A DNA stretch of 64,000 nucleotides from Pseudoxanthomonas sp. (GTDB lineage Bacteria > Pseudomonadota > Gammaproteobacteria > Xanthomonadales > Xanthomonadaceae), in assembly GCA_044235875.1 (NCBI GenBank), contig JBIIHJ010000001.1:3707-67706 (forward strand). Reading direction: 5' to 3'. This document shows positions 1 through 9,617 of the stretch, piece after piece. A program made the position numbers and the translations under genes. A model generated the notes under the pieces. That model did no database searches. It was not told where the DNA came from and saw only the letters and a program-made list of their open reading frames with translations. Numbering within the stretch: the stretch's first letter is position 1; the number at the start of each line of letters is the position of its first letter.

Positions 1-52
1 CGGACAGGCTCAACCACAACGCCAGCGCCAGGCGCGGCACGAACCGATGCAT
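1..52 (-). CDS. 5' end of an exported protein (partial, runs off window start); possibly a TonB-dependent receptor
   Basis: ATG at 52-50 with GGGGA RBS upstream; translates MHRFVPRLALALWLSLS..., a Sec-type signal peptide. Co-directional with the EF-hand and DUF4198 genes. Not in the ORF track. The product guess is from context only. Confidence 0.55.
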   Translation of the reverse strand, partial: MHRFVPRLALALWLSLS

Positions 53-215
53 CTGCAGATCCCCGGTGACATGAAACGACGACTGGACCGCGCGCCGACG
101 CACCGCAACGCAGCGCGAACAGAGGGATGGAGCCAAGGCGCGAAGCGGCAACGCACGCGGGCGGTGAGATTCCCACCAGGCCACCCGCGCGCGGACCTGG
201 TGCAGCCGGCTGGCG

Positions 216-1103
216 CTAGGGCTGGCGTTTGGGCGCCGGCAAGCGGGTGTCGGCCGCGTCGACGGCGCCGTCATGGTTGCGGTCGGCGGTCTCGAACAGG
301 CGCTTGCCTGATGCCTGGTACTCGGCGAAGGTCATCTCGCCGTTCTTGTCGGTATCCAGCACGCCAAAGCGGACGTGTACCTGGCGATCCTCGCCCTGGT
401 TCAAGGTGGCGATGCGGCGATCCAGGCGGTCTTCGAACTCGGCCAGATACTCGTCCTGGCCCAGCGTCTTGTCGCCATCGCGGTCGCTGCGGGTGAATTG
501 TTCGGTGCGCGCCTGCTCGAACTCGGCGCGATCCACCTTGCCGTCGCCGTTGCCGTCATACAGCGCCAGGAAGCCGTCGGCGGAGTGGCTACTGGGCATG
601 CCCAGGCGGTCACTGCCGGCGTTGTCAACGCGCCTGGCGGCCTCGTCGGTCTTGGCCTGGCCCGGCTTGGCCTTGTCGGCCAACGCGCGCTGGCCGGCCT
701 GCCAGGTCTTCTCGCCGGTGGCATCGAATTCGACGCGCGAGATCCTGCCATCCTTGTCCGCATCCAGCGCCGCAAAGCGCGTGCGGCTCTGCTCGATCTG
801 CGCGGCGCGTTCGCGTTCGAATGCCTCGGCCTTGCGCGCGGCGAATTCGCTGGCGTATTCGTCCTCGTCGACGGTGCCGTCGTGGTTGCCGTCGGTGGCA
901 TCGAACCGCGTGCGGCGGAAGGCTTCGAACTCGGCCCAGCTCACCCGGCCATCGCCGTTGTCATCGAATTCGGCGATGAAGGCTTGGACGTTGTTGCCAT
1001 GGCCACCGACCAGCGGTCGCGCGGTGGCGGGCGCCTGCGCGCCCACGGCGAAGGGAAGCAGCAGCGTGCACAGACACGCGCCAGTGAGGACACCGGTTTT
1101 CAT
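216..1103 (-). CDS. Exported multi-EF-hand (Ca2+/metal-binding) protein
   Basis: Signal peptide; about 7 DxDxDG loops (DDNGDGRVSWAEF, DGNHDGTVDEDEY, DADKDGRISRVEF, DGNGDGKVDRAEF, DRDGDKTLGQDEY, DTDKNGEMTFAEY, DRNHDGAVDAADT); two internally duplicated halves. Confidence 0.9.
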   Translation of the reverse strand: MKTGVLTGACLCTLLLPFAVGAQAPATARPLVGGHGNNVQAFIAEFDDNGDGRVSWAEFEAFRRTRFDATDGNHDGTVDEDEYASEFAARKAEAFERERAAQIEQSRTRFAALDADKDGRISRVEFDATGEKTWQAGQRALADKAKPGQAKTDEAARRVDNAGSDRLGMPSSHSADGFLALYDGNGDGKVDRAEFEQARTEQFTRSDRDGDKTLGQDEYLAEFEDRLDRRIATLNQGEDRQVHVRFGVLDTDKNGEMTFAEYQASGKRLFETADRNHDGAVDAADTRLPAPKRQP

Positions 1104-1133
1104 GACAGACCTCTGGAGCAGTGGGGAAGAGGG

Positions 1134-1928
1134 TTACGGGTTGAGCACGTGGAAGGTCAGCGTGGTGCTGTTGCTGTACTCGGCGACTTTGGCGCCGGCC
1201 GGCGCGGGCGTGCGGTAGCGACTCAGTGCGACCCAGGTGCCAGCCTGCGGCAGCTTGAAACGCGCATGCCCCTGGGCATCGGTGTCCAGTTCGACCACCT
1301 GCGGCTTGCGGTCCGAGCTCCACACCGCCTCGGTCAGTTCCACCTTCTGGCCCGCCAGCGGCTTGCCGTCGTACTGCACGACAAACTCGAACTGCTCGCC
1401 GACGTACAGATCGTCCGGATGGGTGACCGGCACCAGCTCCAATCCCTGGTTGCGCGGTGCCAGCGCGGTGCGGTCCGGGGCGCCCACGCTGATGTAGGTC
1501 TCGGCCTGGGTCAGCGACTGGAAATCGGAGATCACCTTGGCCCCGGCCGGGATGCGCACGTTTGGATCGCGCGAGCTCTCGCGCTTGCCGTCCAATTCCC
1601 AGGTGCGGAACAGTGCGCCCAGCCGCGGCCCGGTACTCAGCCGATAGGTGCCGGCGGCCGCGGCGGGCAAGGTGTATTCGGCCACCGTGCGGGTCTTCAT
1701 TGCCTGCGACGGCAGCACCGCGTTGCCACCATCGGGCGTGGTGACGTTGAAGGTGCTGTCGTCAAAGGCCGCGTCGGGAACGAAGAAGGTTTCGGCGAAG
1801 GCCGCATCCAGTGCAACGGTCTGGCCGGCGCGTGGCGCGAATGCACTGGGAAGCAGGTAGGGCGTGTGTGCCCAGGCGGCGGGCGCGAAGCCGAACACGG
1901 CAGCGGCCAGGAGGGTCAGCGGTTTCAT
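1134..1928 (-). CDS. DUF4198 domain periplasmic protein (putative metal-binding)
   Basis: Signal AWA|HTPYLLP; LELVPVTHP..LYVGE.F.F.V.YDGKPL and TDAQG.ARF.LP.AGTW motifs typical of DUF4198. Confidence 0.85.
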   Translation of the reverse strand: MKPLTLLAAAVFGFAPAAWAHTPYLLPSAFAPRAGQTVALDAAFAETFFVPDAAFDDSTFNVTTPDGGNAVLPSQAMKTRTVAEYTLPAAAAGTYRLSTGPRLGALFRTWELDGKRESSRDPNVRIPAGAKVISDFQSLTQAETYISVGAPDRTALAPRNQGLELVPVTHPDDLYVGEQFEFVVQYDGKPLAGQKVELTEAVWSSDRKPQVVELDTDAQGHARFKLPQAGTWVALSRYRTPAPAGAKVAEYSNSTTLTFHVLNP

Positions 1929-2242
1929 GGAGCGTTCCTACACAGGATGAAGCGCTGGCAGGACGACGGTCCGAAGCTGGCTGACCGCGTGATCATAATG
2001 TGAGCGCCATCTGATTGCCAGCATGCATGCACGCGGATGCCCAGCCTTTTCGGCTGAAATCGCACGGTCGATGCGTCACCTGCTGCGTGGCTCGCGTGTG
2101 TCATCCGCGGTCTTGGTCGCAACGCGCGACACACGCTGCAGTGAGGCCGCCTGGCAAGGCCGTGATAACCGTTCGCCATGAGTTGGCGTGCCGGCCGTTT
2201 CCTACAATGCGCGATCCGCCCCTGCTTCCAAACGCCCACGCC

Positions 2243-3811
2243 ATGTCCGCCCCGTCACCCCGCCTGATGCTCGCGCTTGCCTCCTTGACGCTCCTTGCGG
2301 GCTGTTCGCCGCAGGCCGCCGCTCCGGTGGCGTCCGCGCCCGCGGCCAGTGCACCGGCGCATGTCGAAGACGCCGGCATCGCCTGGCGCAAGGGCGATGT
2401 GGACGATGCCTTTGCCGAGGCCCAGGAGAGCGGCAAGCCGGTGCTGCTGTACTGGGGTGCGGTCTGGTGCCCGCCGTGCAACAAGCTCAAGGCGACGTTG
2501 TTCAAGGAAGCCGACTTCATCGCGCTGACCCGCAAGCTCGTGCCGGTGTACCTGGATGGCGATTCGCCCGGTGCACAGGCCTGGGGCGAACGCTTCGGCG
2601 TGCGGGGCTATCCGACGCTGGTGGTGCTGAGCCCGGACCGCCAGGAAATCACCCGCCTGTCCGGCGGCAGCGATAGCGCGCGCATCACCGCCGCGCTGAC
2701 CAGTGCCGCGGCACGTCGCGCCTCGGTGGCCGATGTGCTGCGCACCGCGCTGGCCACGCCCGATGCTGTCAGCGCCGATGACTGGGCGCTGCTGGCGCAG
2801 TACGGCTGGGAAGTGGACGCCAACCGCCTGACCGGCGATATCGCGCCGGCCAAGTTGTTCCAGGATCTCTCCGCGCACGCGCCCGACGGTGCGGTCAAGC
2901 GTCGCTTCGCGCTGCTGGCGCTGGCCGACCAGGCGCAGTCGCCCGAGGCCTCCAAGGGCAAGATCGATCCGGCCGCGGCGCGTACGCTGCTGCAAGCCAT
3001 CCTGCGGTCGCCGGAAGACGTGCGGGACAATTTCGAGCTGCTCAGCTATGCCGGCGCCGCCGTGGTCAAGCAGGCCAGCACCGATGCGGCGGGCCTGGAC
3101 ACGCTGGGCACGTCCCTGGTCTGGGCACTGGAGCATTCGGAAGCGGCCAAGTCACACGATGCACAACTGGCAATCGCCAATACGCAGGTCGCGCTGTATC
3201 GCGCGCAGCATCCGCAGGGCGCGCTGCCGGCGTCGCTGCTGCAGCAGGTCCAGGCCAAGGTGGCCGCGGCCGACAAGGCCGCCACCACCGCGTACGAGCG
3301 CCAGGCGACGATCAGCTCGGCCGCCGAACTGCTCGACGAAGCCGGCGACACGGCTGGCGCCGAGAAGCTGCTGGTGGCCGAACTCGACAAGAGCCACACG
3401 CCCTATTACTACATGACCGTGCTGGCCGACCTGGCCGAGAAGCGCGGCGACAAGCGCGCGGCGCTGGACTGGTTGCGTCGCGGCTACGAGGCGTCCGAAG
3501 GCCCGGCCACGCGCGTGCAGTGGGGCGCACTGTATGTCGATGGCCTGGTGCGGCTGACGCCGACCGACGGCAAGGCCATCGAGCAGGCGGCCGGGCAGGT
3601 GATCGACGAACTCAATGCTGAAGGCGCCGGTTACCACCAGCGCACCCAGCAGCGCTTCGAACGCATGGAGCGCACCCTGAGCCAGTGGAGCCGGCAGCAC
3701 GATGGCAGCGCCGCACTGGCGCGCCTGAAGACGCGCATCGCCGATCACTGCGACAAGGCAGGCAAGGCGGTTGGCGATCGCGCCGCCTGTGCGACCTGGG
3801 CCAGCGCCTGA
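2243..3811 (+). CDS. Thioredoxin-fold lipoprotein with long helical C-terminal region
   Basis: Lipobox LLAGC; KPVLLYWGAVWCPPCNKLK (WCPPC); GYPTLV cis-Pro loop; start re-assigned from 2015. Confidence 0.85.
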   Translation: MSAPSPRLMLALASLTLLAGCSPQAAAPVASAPAASAPAHVEDAGIAWRKGDVDDAFAEAQESGKPVLLYWGAVWCPPCNKLKATLFKEADFIALTRKLVPVYLDGDSPGAQAWGERFGVRGYPTLVVLSPDRQEITRLSGGSDSARITAALTSAAARRASVADVLRTALATPDAVSADDWALLAQYGWEVDANRLTGDIAPAKLFQDLSAHAPDGAVKRRFALLALADQAQSPEASKGKIDPAAARTLLQAILRSPEDVRDNFELLSYAGAAVVKQASTDAAGLDTLGTSLVWALEHSEAAKSHDAQLAIANTQVALYRAQHPQGALPASLLQQVQAKVAAADKAATTAYERQATISSAAELLDEAGDTAGAEKLLVAELDKSHTPYYYMTVLADLAEKRGDKRAALDWLRRGYEASEGPATRVQWGALYVDGLVRLTPTDGKAIEQAAGQVIDELNAEGAGYHQRTQQRFERMERTLSQWSRQHDGSAALARLKTRIADHCDKAGKAVGDRAACATWASA

Positions 3812-3973
3812 GTCCACGCAACCACCGCTGAGGCCTGGGCATCGCGCGATGCGCCCGGTCGCACGGGTGCGCCGGGGTCCATGGAGTCTTCGAGACGGCG
3901 GACATGAAGCGCGTGCCGCTCATGCTAGCCGGCGCGTACAACGCGCGCCGGGGTCGGACTTCGCGCGTCGCGA

Positions 3974-4372
3974 TCAGGACGCGGCGTCGTCCATGCCGGC
4001 CTTCAGCGCCGGACCGTGCGCACGCATCCAGTCGGCCAGCGAATGCAAGGTCGGCGCCAGCGAATGGCCCAGCGCGGTGGCTTCGTATTCGACCCGGGGT
4101 GGCACCTCCGGATGCACGGTGCGCTGGACCAGGTGGCGCCGTTCGAACAGGCGCAGCTGGCGGGTGAGTTCCTTCTGCGTGATCGGCGCCATCGCACGCT
4201 GCAGCGCGCCGAAACGCACCGGCGCGTCTTCGACGATCAGGCGATACAGGATCGGGATCGCCCATTTACCCGAAACGAGCTGGACCAAGTCGCGCATCGG
4301 GCATCCGTCCTGCGCATCGACGATGGGCGCGGCCTGTTCCCGCGATGCGTCGGCCTGGTGCGATGGGATCAT
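3974..4372 (-). CDS. HxlR-family winged-helix transcriptional regulator
   Basis: GCP...VSGKWAIPIL, ITQKELTRQLR, PEVPPRVEY.LT.LG; N-terminal sensor Cys; divergent from an SDR gene. Confidence 0.9.
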   Translation of the reverse strand: MIPSHQADASREQAAPIVDAQDGCPMRDLVQLVSGKWAIPILYRLIVEDAPVRFGALQRAMAPITQKELTRQLRLFERRHLVQRTVHPEVPPRVEYEATALGHSLAPTLHSLADWMRAHGPALKAGMDDAAS

Positions 4373-4464
4373 GTCGGTGGGTCGGTATCCATGCGGTGCG
4401 TACTATACAAAGTCGATCGCGCCGGCCAGGCTCGCTGCTCTTTCGATACACGCAGGTGGCCACG

Positions 4465-5214
4465 ATGGCACGCATGAAAGGCAAGTACGCACTGGTGACC
4501 GGTGGCAGCAGCGGCATCGGGCTGGAAACGGCCAGGCAGTTCCTCGCCGAGGGCGCGCACGTGGCCATCACCGGCCGCGATGCCGATGCCCTGACGCGCG
4601 CGCAGGCACAGCTGGGTGAAGGAGTGCTGGTCATCCGCAGCGATGCATCGCAGGTGGCCGATCAGCAGCTGATTGCCCGGACCCTGGCGCAGGGCTGGCC
4701 ACGGCTGGACGTGCTCTACGCCAATGCGGCCGATGTCACCCATCGTCCGCTCCAGGACTGGGACGAGGCCACCTTCGATCGGGTGCTGGCGACCAACCTG
4801 AAGGGGCCGTTCTTCCTGGTGCAGTCGCTGTTGCCGCTGCTGGGCGACCCGGCCTCTATCATCCTGTGCGGCTCGACCAGCGCGCATATCGGCCTGCCGC
4901 AGAGTTCGGTCTACGCGGCCAGCAAGACGGCGCTGCTGTCGTTGGCCAGGACGCTCTCGGCCGAGCTGCATCCGCGCGGCGTGCGCGTCAACGTGCTCAG
5001 TCCGGGCCCGACCGAGACGCCGGCGCTGCACAAGCTGGGCCTGGTGCCGGAGGCGGAGGAACGCCTGCGCCAGGATATTCGCCAGCTGGTGCCGATCGGT
5101 CGTCTGGGCACGCCCTGGGAGCTGGCGCAGGCCGCGGTGTACCTGGCCAGCGATGAGTCGCGTTTCATGCTGGGCAGTGAGCTGCTGGTCGATGGCGGCG
5201 TGGCCAATCTCTGA
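4465..5214 (+). CDS. Short-chain dehydrogenase/reductase (SDR)
   Basis: TGGSSGIG, YAASK, RVNVLSPGPTET, VDGG. Confidence 0.92.
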   Translation: MARMKGKYALVTGGSSGIGLETARQFLAEGAHVAITGRDADALTRAQAQLGEGVLVIRSDASQVADQQLIARTLAQGWPRLDVLYANAADVTHRPLQDWDEATFDRVLATNLKGPFFLVQSLLPLLGDPASIILCGSTSAHIGLPQSSVYAASKTALLSLARTLSAELHPRGVRVNVLSPGPTETPALHKLGLVPEAEERLRQDIRQLVPIGRLGTPWELAQAAVYLASDESRFMLGSELLVDGGVANL

Positions 5215-5231
5215 CACGCATCTGATGCGTC

Positions 5232-5286
5232 GCCATATGCACATGAGCACGCGGCATTTGGCGCGGCGCCGGCGGCAGCGTCTACT
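5232..5286 (+). promoter_or_regulatory. Putative activator-dependent promoter upstream of metN (motif copy 1)
   Basis: CATGAGCACGCGGCATTTG (5242-5260), then TTGGCG-17bp-TCTACT; 17/19 identical to 9382-9400 with identical spacing to TCTACTG. Confidence 0.5.
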
Positions 5287-5586
5287 GCACGCCACAGAAC
5301 CGTGCCGGCGGCACGCTTCGTCCGGACGTGCTGTGCTGGCCGGTGGTCCTTACCCGACACCCGGTCAGTCGCAGCCGACCAGCTGCACCGGTTTCAGAGA
5401 CTCTCGGTTGTTCCCCGGTCTGGAGGCTCGTTGGTGTGCCGTGGCCCGCGTCTCCACGGTGCGCCGTTTTTCCATCGTCCCCGTCGGGGACACGTTGCAG
5501 TGATCGCGTCAGAGTGGCAGTGACGGCGGCAGCTACAATGCCTATCCGGCGCCAAGCCCGCATCTGCGTCCCTTTCAAGTTCGTCC

Positions 5587-6591
5587 GTGATCACATTCCA
5601 GCAAGTCCAGAAGTCCTATCGCAGCGGCCGCCGTGAGGTGCACGCGCTGCGCGGCATCGAGCTCGACGTCAAGCGCGGCGAAGTATTCGGCGTGATCGGA
5701 CGTTCGGGCGCGGGCAAGTCTTCGCTCATCCGCCTGATCAATGGCCTGGAGCAACCGACCTCCGGCGCGGTGATCGTCGACGGACAGACAGTGAACCGGC
5801 TGGGCGCCGCGCCGCTGATCGCGCTGCGCCGGCGGATCGGCATGATCTTCCAGCACTTCAACCTGCTCAGTTCACAGACCGTGTTCGAGAACGTGGCTTT
5901 TCCGCTGCGCCTGGCGGGGCAGTCCAATGCGCAGATCCAGGCGCGCGTGCGCGAGCTGCTGGCGCGCGTGGGCCTGGACCAGTACGCGGCGGCGTATCCG
6001 GCGCAGCTGTCCGGTGGCCAGAAGCAGCGCGTGGGCATCGCGCGCGCGCTGGCCACCGCGCCGTCGATCCTGCTGTGCGACGAGGCCACCAGCGCGCTGG
6101 ATCCGCAGACCACCGCCTCGGTGCTGGACCTGCTGGCCGACCTCAACAGGGAGCTGGGCCTGACCATCGTCCTGATCACCCACGAGATGGAAGTCGTGCG
6201 CCGTGTCTGCGATCGGGTCGCCGTACTGGAAGCCGGGCAGGTGGTGGAGTCCGGGCCGGTGCAGGCGGTGTTCCTGCATCCGCAGCATCCGACCACGCGC
6301 ACCTTCCTGGAAGATGCCGACACCTCGGCTGACAGCGCCGCCCGTTCGCTCTCCGGCGCCAAGGAGCGCCTGGTGCGCGTCACCCTCATCGGCGAGCAGG
6401 TGCATTCGCCGATCCTGAGCCAGACCCTGCGCGAACTGGGCGCCGATTACTTCATCGCCGCCGGCCGCGTGGACAAGCTCCGGGACCTGCCTTACGGACA
6501 GGTCACCCTGGCCGTGGACGATGCGCTGTGCGAGACGATCGTGCAGCGCCTGACCGCGCAGGGCGTGCTGGCCCAGGAGGTGGTGGCGTGA
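5587..6591 (+). CDS. metN: Methionine ABC transporter ATP-binding protein
   Basis: GRSGAGKSS Walker [42 protein letters not shown]-terminal NIL domain. Confidence 0.95.
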   Translation: MITFQQVQKSYRSGRREVHALRGIELDVKRGEVFGVIGRSGAGKSSLIRLINGLEQPTSGAVIVDGQTVNRLGAAPLIALRRRIGMIFQHFNLLSSQTVFENVAFPLRLAGQSNAQIQARVRELLARVGLDQYAAAYPAQLSGGQKQRVGIARALATAPSILLCDEATSALDPQTTASVLDLLADLNRELGLTIVLITHEMEVVRRVCDRVAVLEAGQVVESGPVQAVFLHPQHPTTRTFLEDADTSADSAARSLSGAKERLVRVTLIGEQVHSPILSQTLRELGADYFIAAGRVDKLRDLPYGQVTLAVDDALCETIVQRLTAQGVLAQEVVA

Positions 6592-7277
6592 TCGCGTTGG
6601 CGCTGCAGGATGGGTTCGCGCACCTGGACGCGCAGAAGTGGGTGGAGATCGCTCTGGCGACCAAGGACACGCTGGTCATGCTGGCCGTGTCGTTTCCGCT
6701 GACCGTGGCCGCCGGCATTCCGCTGGGGCTGCTGCTGTTCCTGACCAGTCGCGCCCAGCCCGGCGCGCGACCGGTGCTCAACGGCATCGTCGCCTTGGTG
6801 GTCAACGTGTTGCGCTCGATGCCCTTCATCATCCTGATGATCTGCCTGATCCCCGTGACGCTGCTGGTCACCGGCACCTCGCTGGGCGTCAAGGGCGCGA
6901 TCCTGCCGCTGGTCGTTGGTGCCGCGCCGTTCTATGCGCGCCTGGTGGAATCGGCTCTGCGCGAAGTGGATCGCGGCGTGCTCGAGGCCAGCCAGGCCAT
7001 GGGCGCCACCACGCGCCAGCTCATCACCCGCGTGCTGCTGCCCGAAGCGCTGCCCGGCCTGATCGCCGGCGCCACCGTCACCGCCATCGCGCTGATCGGC
7101 TTCACCGCCATGGGCGGTGCGATCGGTTCGGGCGGCCTGGGCGATCTGGCCTATCGTGAAGGCTATCTGCGCTCGCACACCGATGTGGCCCTGGTCACCG
7201 TCGTGCTGCTGGTGGTCATGGTGCAGCTGGTGCAGGTCATCGGCGAGCGCGCAGCCGCACACTTCACCCGTCACTAA
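6588..7277 (+). CDS. metI: Methionine ABC transporter permease
   Basis: [47 protein letters not shown]; GTGA overlap with metN. Confidence 0.95.
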   Translation: MIALALQDGFAHLDAQKWVEIALATKDTLVMLAVSFPLTVAAGIPLGLLLFLTSRAQPGARPVLNGIVALVVNVLRSMPFIILMICLIPVTLLVTGTSLGVKGAILPLVVGAAPFYARLVESALREVDRGVLEASQAMGATTRQLITRVLLPEALPGLIAGATVTAIALIGFTAMGGAIGSGGLGDLAYREGYLRSHTDVALVTVVLLVVMVQLVQVIGERAAAHFTRH

Positions 7278-7305
7278 ATCCCCCCACCAGACCCTCCGGA
7301 GCCCC

Positions 7306-8112
7306 ATGAAGATCCTGCGAACCCTCGGCCTGCTATCTGCGCTCGTCCTGGCCGGCTGCGGTGGCCAATCTCCTTCGGCCGCGAGCGACAACGCCGAACA
7401 CCTCAGCGTGGCGGCCACCGCGGTGCCGCACGCCGAGATCCTGGACGTGGTCAAGCCGATCCTGGCCAGGGAAGGGGTGATCCTGGACGTCAAGATCTTC
7501 AACGATTACATCCAGCCCAACGACCAGGTCGTGCAGAAGCACATCGACGTCAATTACTTCCAGACCGCGCCTTACCTGTCGGCCTACAACAAGGACCGCG
7601 GCACCCAGCTGGAAACCATCGTCGGCGTGCACATCGAGCCGTTCGGTGCGTACTCGCGCCGGTTCAAGTCGCTCGATGCGCTGCCCAACGGCGCCGATGT
7701 CGTGATCCCCAACGATCCGAGCAACAACAGCCGCGCGCTGATCCTGCTGGACAAGTTCGGCGTGATCAAACTCAAGGATCCGGGCAATCCGCTGTCCACG
7801 CTGCGCGACATCGTGGCCAACCCGAAGCAGCTCAAGTTCCGCGAGCTCGACTCGGCGATGCTGCCGCGCGTGCTGGACCAGGTGGACCTGGCCCTGATCA
7901 ACACCAACTACGCGCTGGACGCCGGCCTTGAGCCCACCCGCGACGCACTGGCGATCGAGAGCCGCGAGTCGCCATATGTCAATTTCCTGGTCGGCCTGCC
8001 CGAAGCCAAGACCGATCCGCGCGTGCAGAAGCTGGCCAAGGCGCTGACCAGCGAAGAAGTCCGCAGCTTCATCAACACCAAGTACAAGGGCGCGGTGCTG
8101 CCGGCGTTCTGA
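7306..8112 (+). CDS. metQ: MetQ/NlpA methionine-binding lipoprotein
   Basis: Lipobox LAGC; VPHAEIL, FNDYIQPN, NYFQ..PYL, IPNDPSN..RAL, INTNYAL, SPYVN, YKGAVLPAF. Confidence 0.95.
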   Translation: MKILRTLGLLSALVLAGCGGQSPSAASDNAEHLSVAATAVPHAEILDVVKPILAREGVILDVKIFNDYIQPNDQVVQKHIDVNYFQTAPYLSAYNKDRGTQLETIVGVHIEPFGAYSRRFKSLDALPNGADVVIPNDPSNNSRALILLDKFGVIKLKDPGNPLSTLRDIVANPKQLKFRELDSAMLPRVLDQVDLALINTNYALDAGLEPTRDALAIESRESPYVNFLVGLPEAKTDPRVQKLAKALTSEEVRSFINTKYKGAVLPAF

Positions 8113-8164
8113 TTCCAGGCGATTTTGCCCGGCACGCAGGCGCGCCCGCCGTGGCCCGCCTGCG

Positions 8165-8219
8165 GTGATGAGCATATGGCGGAATGCAGTTTGGTGATGC
8201 GTCGCCCACCGCGCAGGCT
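8165..8219 (+). promoter_or_regulatory. Weaker copy of the same promoter motif upstream of the NADP-dependent reductase
   Basis: AT-N6-ATG-N11-TTTG spacing shared with 5232-5260 and 9372-9400; TTGGTG-17bp-CAGGCT. Confidence 0.3.
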
Positions 8220-8334
8220 TTGTCTGCAACGCGACATCGGCGGCGTTCACGCGCCAAGGATGCGTCGACGTCATCGGGACACCCCGTGGCCCAGGCCCGG
8301 CGGCGTTGCGCGACATGCCCGAGGAGCTGCCCAC

Positions 8335-9357
8335 ATGACCGATCAACAGAACACCCGCATCGTGCTAGCCGCACGGCCCACCGGCAAACCCACCGCGGCG
8401 CATTTCCGCCTGGAACAGGTCCCGGTGGCTTCGCCGGCGCAGGGCGAGGTGCTGCTGCGCAACCACCTGCTGTCGCTCGATCCTTACATGCGCGGCCGGA
8501 TGGATGCCGGTCCGTCCTATGCCGCGCCCGTGCCCATCGACGGTGTCATGGACGGGCGCACCGTCGCGCAGGTGCTCGAATCCCGGCACCCGGATTTCGC
8601 GGTCGGCCAATGGGTCGTGGCGCCGGGCGGCTGGCAGACGCGCGTGGTGGTGGCGGGTGCGCAGCTGGCCCGCAAGCTCGATCCCGATGGGCCGCCGCTG
8701 AGCACCGCGCTGGGCGTGTTCGGCATGCCAGGCTTCACCGCCTACGCGGGCCTGCGCGAGATCGGAAAACCCAAGCCCGGCGAGACCCTGGTCGTGGCTG
8801 CGGCCAGCGGCCCGGTGGGCGCCACGGTGGGCCAGCTGGCCAAGCTGCAAGGCGCGCGCGTGGTCGGGATCGCCGGTGGCGAAACCAAGCGCCGCTATCT
8901 GGAGCAGATCGGCTTGGATGCGGCGCTGGATCATCGCGCGCCGGATTTCGTCGAGGCGCTGGCTGCCGCAGTGCCCGACGGCATCGATATCTACTTCGAG
9001 AACGTCGGCGGCGCGGTGTTCCAGGCCGTGCGGCCGCATCTGAACAACTTCGCGCGCATTCCGGTGTGCGGCACGGTATCCAACTACAACACGCGGCACG
9101 AACTGCTAGCAGGGCCTGACCAGCTGCCTGGATTCATCAGCCAGGTGCTGCGCCAGCGGTTGACCGTGCGCGGCTTCATCCAGACCGATTTCGCGGCGCT
9201 GTTCCCGGAGTTCGAGCGCCAGATGCGGCGCTTGCTGCTCGCAGGCCAGATCCACTATCGCGAAGACATCGTGGAGGGCCTTGCGCAGGCACCGCAGGCG
9301 CTGATCGATCTGCTCGACGGCAAGAACTTCGGCAAGCTGCTGGTCAAGCTCGACTGA
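8335..9357 (+). CDS. NADP-dependent alkenal/ene reductase (MDR, CurA/PTGR-like)
   Basis: LSLDPYMRGRM, LGVFGMPGFTAYAGL, AASGPVG..VGQLAK, GIDIYFENVGG, GKNFGKLLV; GAGGAG RBS. Confidence 0.92.
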   Translation: MTDQQNTRIVLAARPTGKPTAAHFRLEQVPVASPAQGEVLLRNHLLSLDPYMRGRMDAGPSYAAPVPIDGVMDGRTVAQVLESRHPDFAVGQWVVAPGGWQTRVVVAGAQLARKLDPDGPPLSTALGVFGMPGFTAYAGLREIGKPKPGETLVVAAASGPVGATVGQLAKLQGARVVGIAGGETKRRYLEQIGLDAALDHRAPDFVEALAAAVPDGIDIYFENVGGAVFQAVRPHLNNFARIPVCGTVSNYNTRHELLAGPDQLPGFISQVLRQRLTVRGFIQTDFAALFPEFERQMRRLLLAGQIHYREDIVEGLAQAPQALIDLLDGKNFGKLLVKLD

Positions 9358-9371
9358 GCTGGTGAGGCATC

Positions 9372-9426
9372 GCGATGACCTCATGAGCGCTCGGCATTTG
9401 TTCGCGCGCGCCGCGAAAGGTCTACT
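9372..9426 (+). promoter_or_regulatory. Putative activator-dependent promoter upstream of SDR/flavin reductase (motif copy 2)
   Basis: CATGAGCGCTCGGCATTTG (9382-9400), then TTGTTC-17bp-TCTACT. Confidence 0.5.
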
Positions 9427-9617
9427 GGCATCGCGATCTGTGTGTCGCTCCCTCCCGGGAAGGTGCTGCGCCAGTCGATGACTGCGTGGGGTGGTCGCCG
9501 GCCGGTGCAGCAGGGCAGCCAGGCACGACGCGCCACATCCGGCGCCTCCTCTACGCAATCGGCGCATCAGGCCCTTCGGCCGTCGTTTGGGCCGTTTCAT
9601 TTTCTTCCTGGAATTCC

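Noticed and set aside
216-1103. Lanmodulin assignment for the EF-hand protein
   Set aside because: Loops lack the position-2 Pro, the protein is much larger with about 7 loops, and there is no xoxF/lut context in the window
1990-2020. AT-richer patch CATAATGTGAGCGCCATCTGATTGC upstream of DUF4198 as a Fur box
   Set aside because: Only one half-site resembles the consensus; insufficient support
5290-5586. Searched for a SAM-I, SAM-II or SAH riboswitch in the long metN leader
   Set aside because: No recognisable conserved cores by eye; an Rfam/Infernal scan would be needed to exclude one
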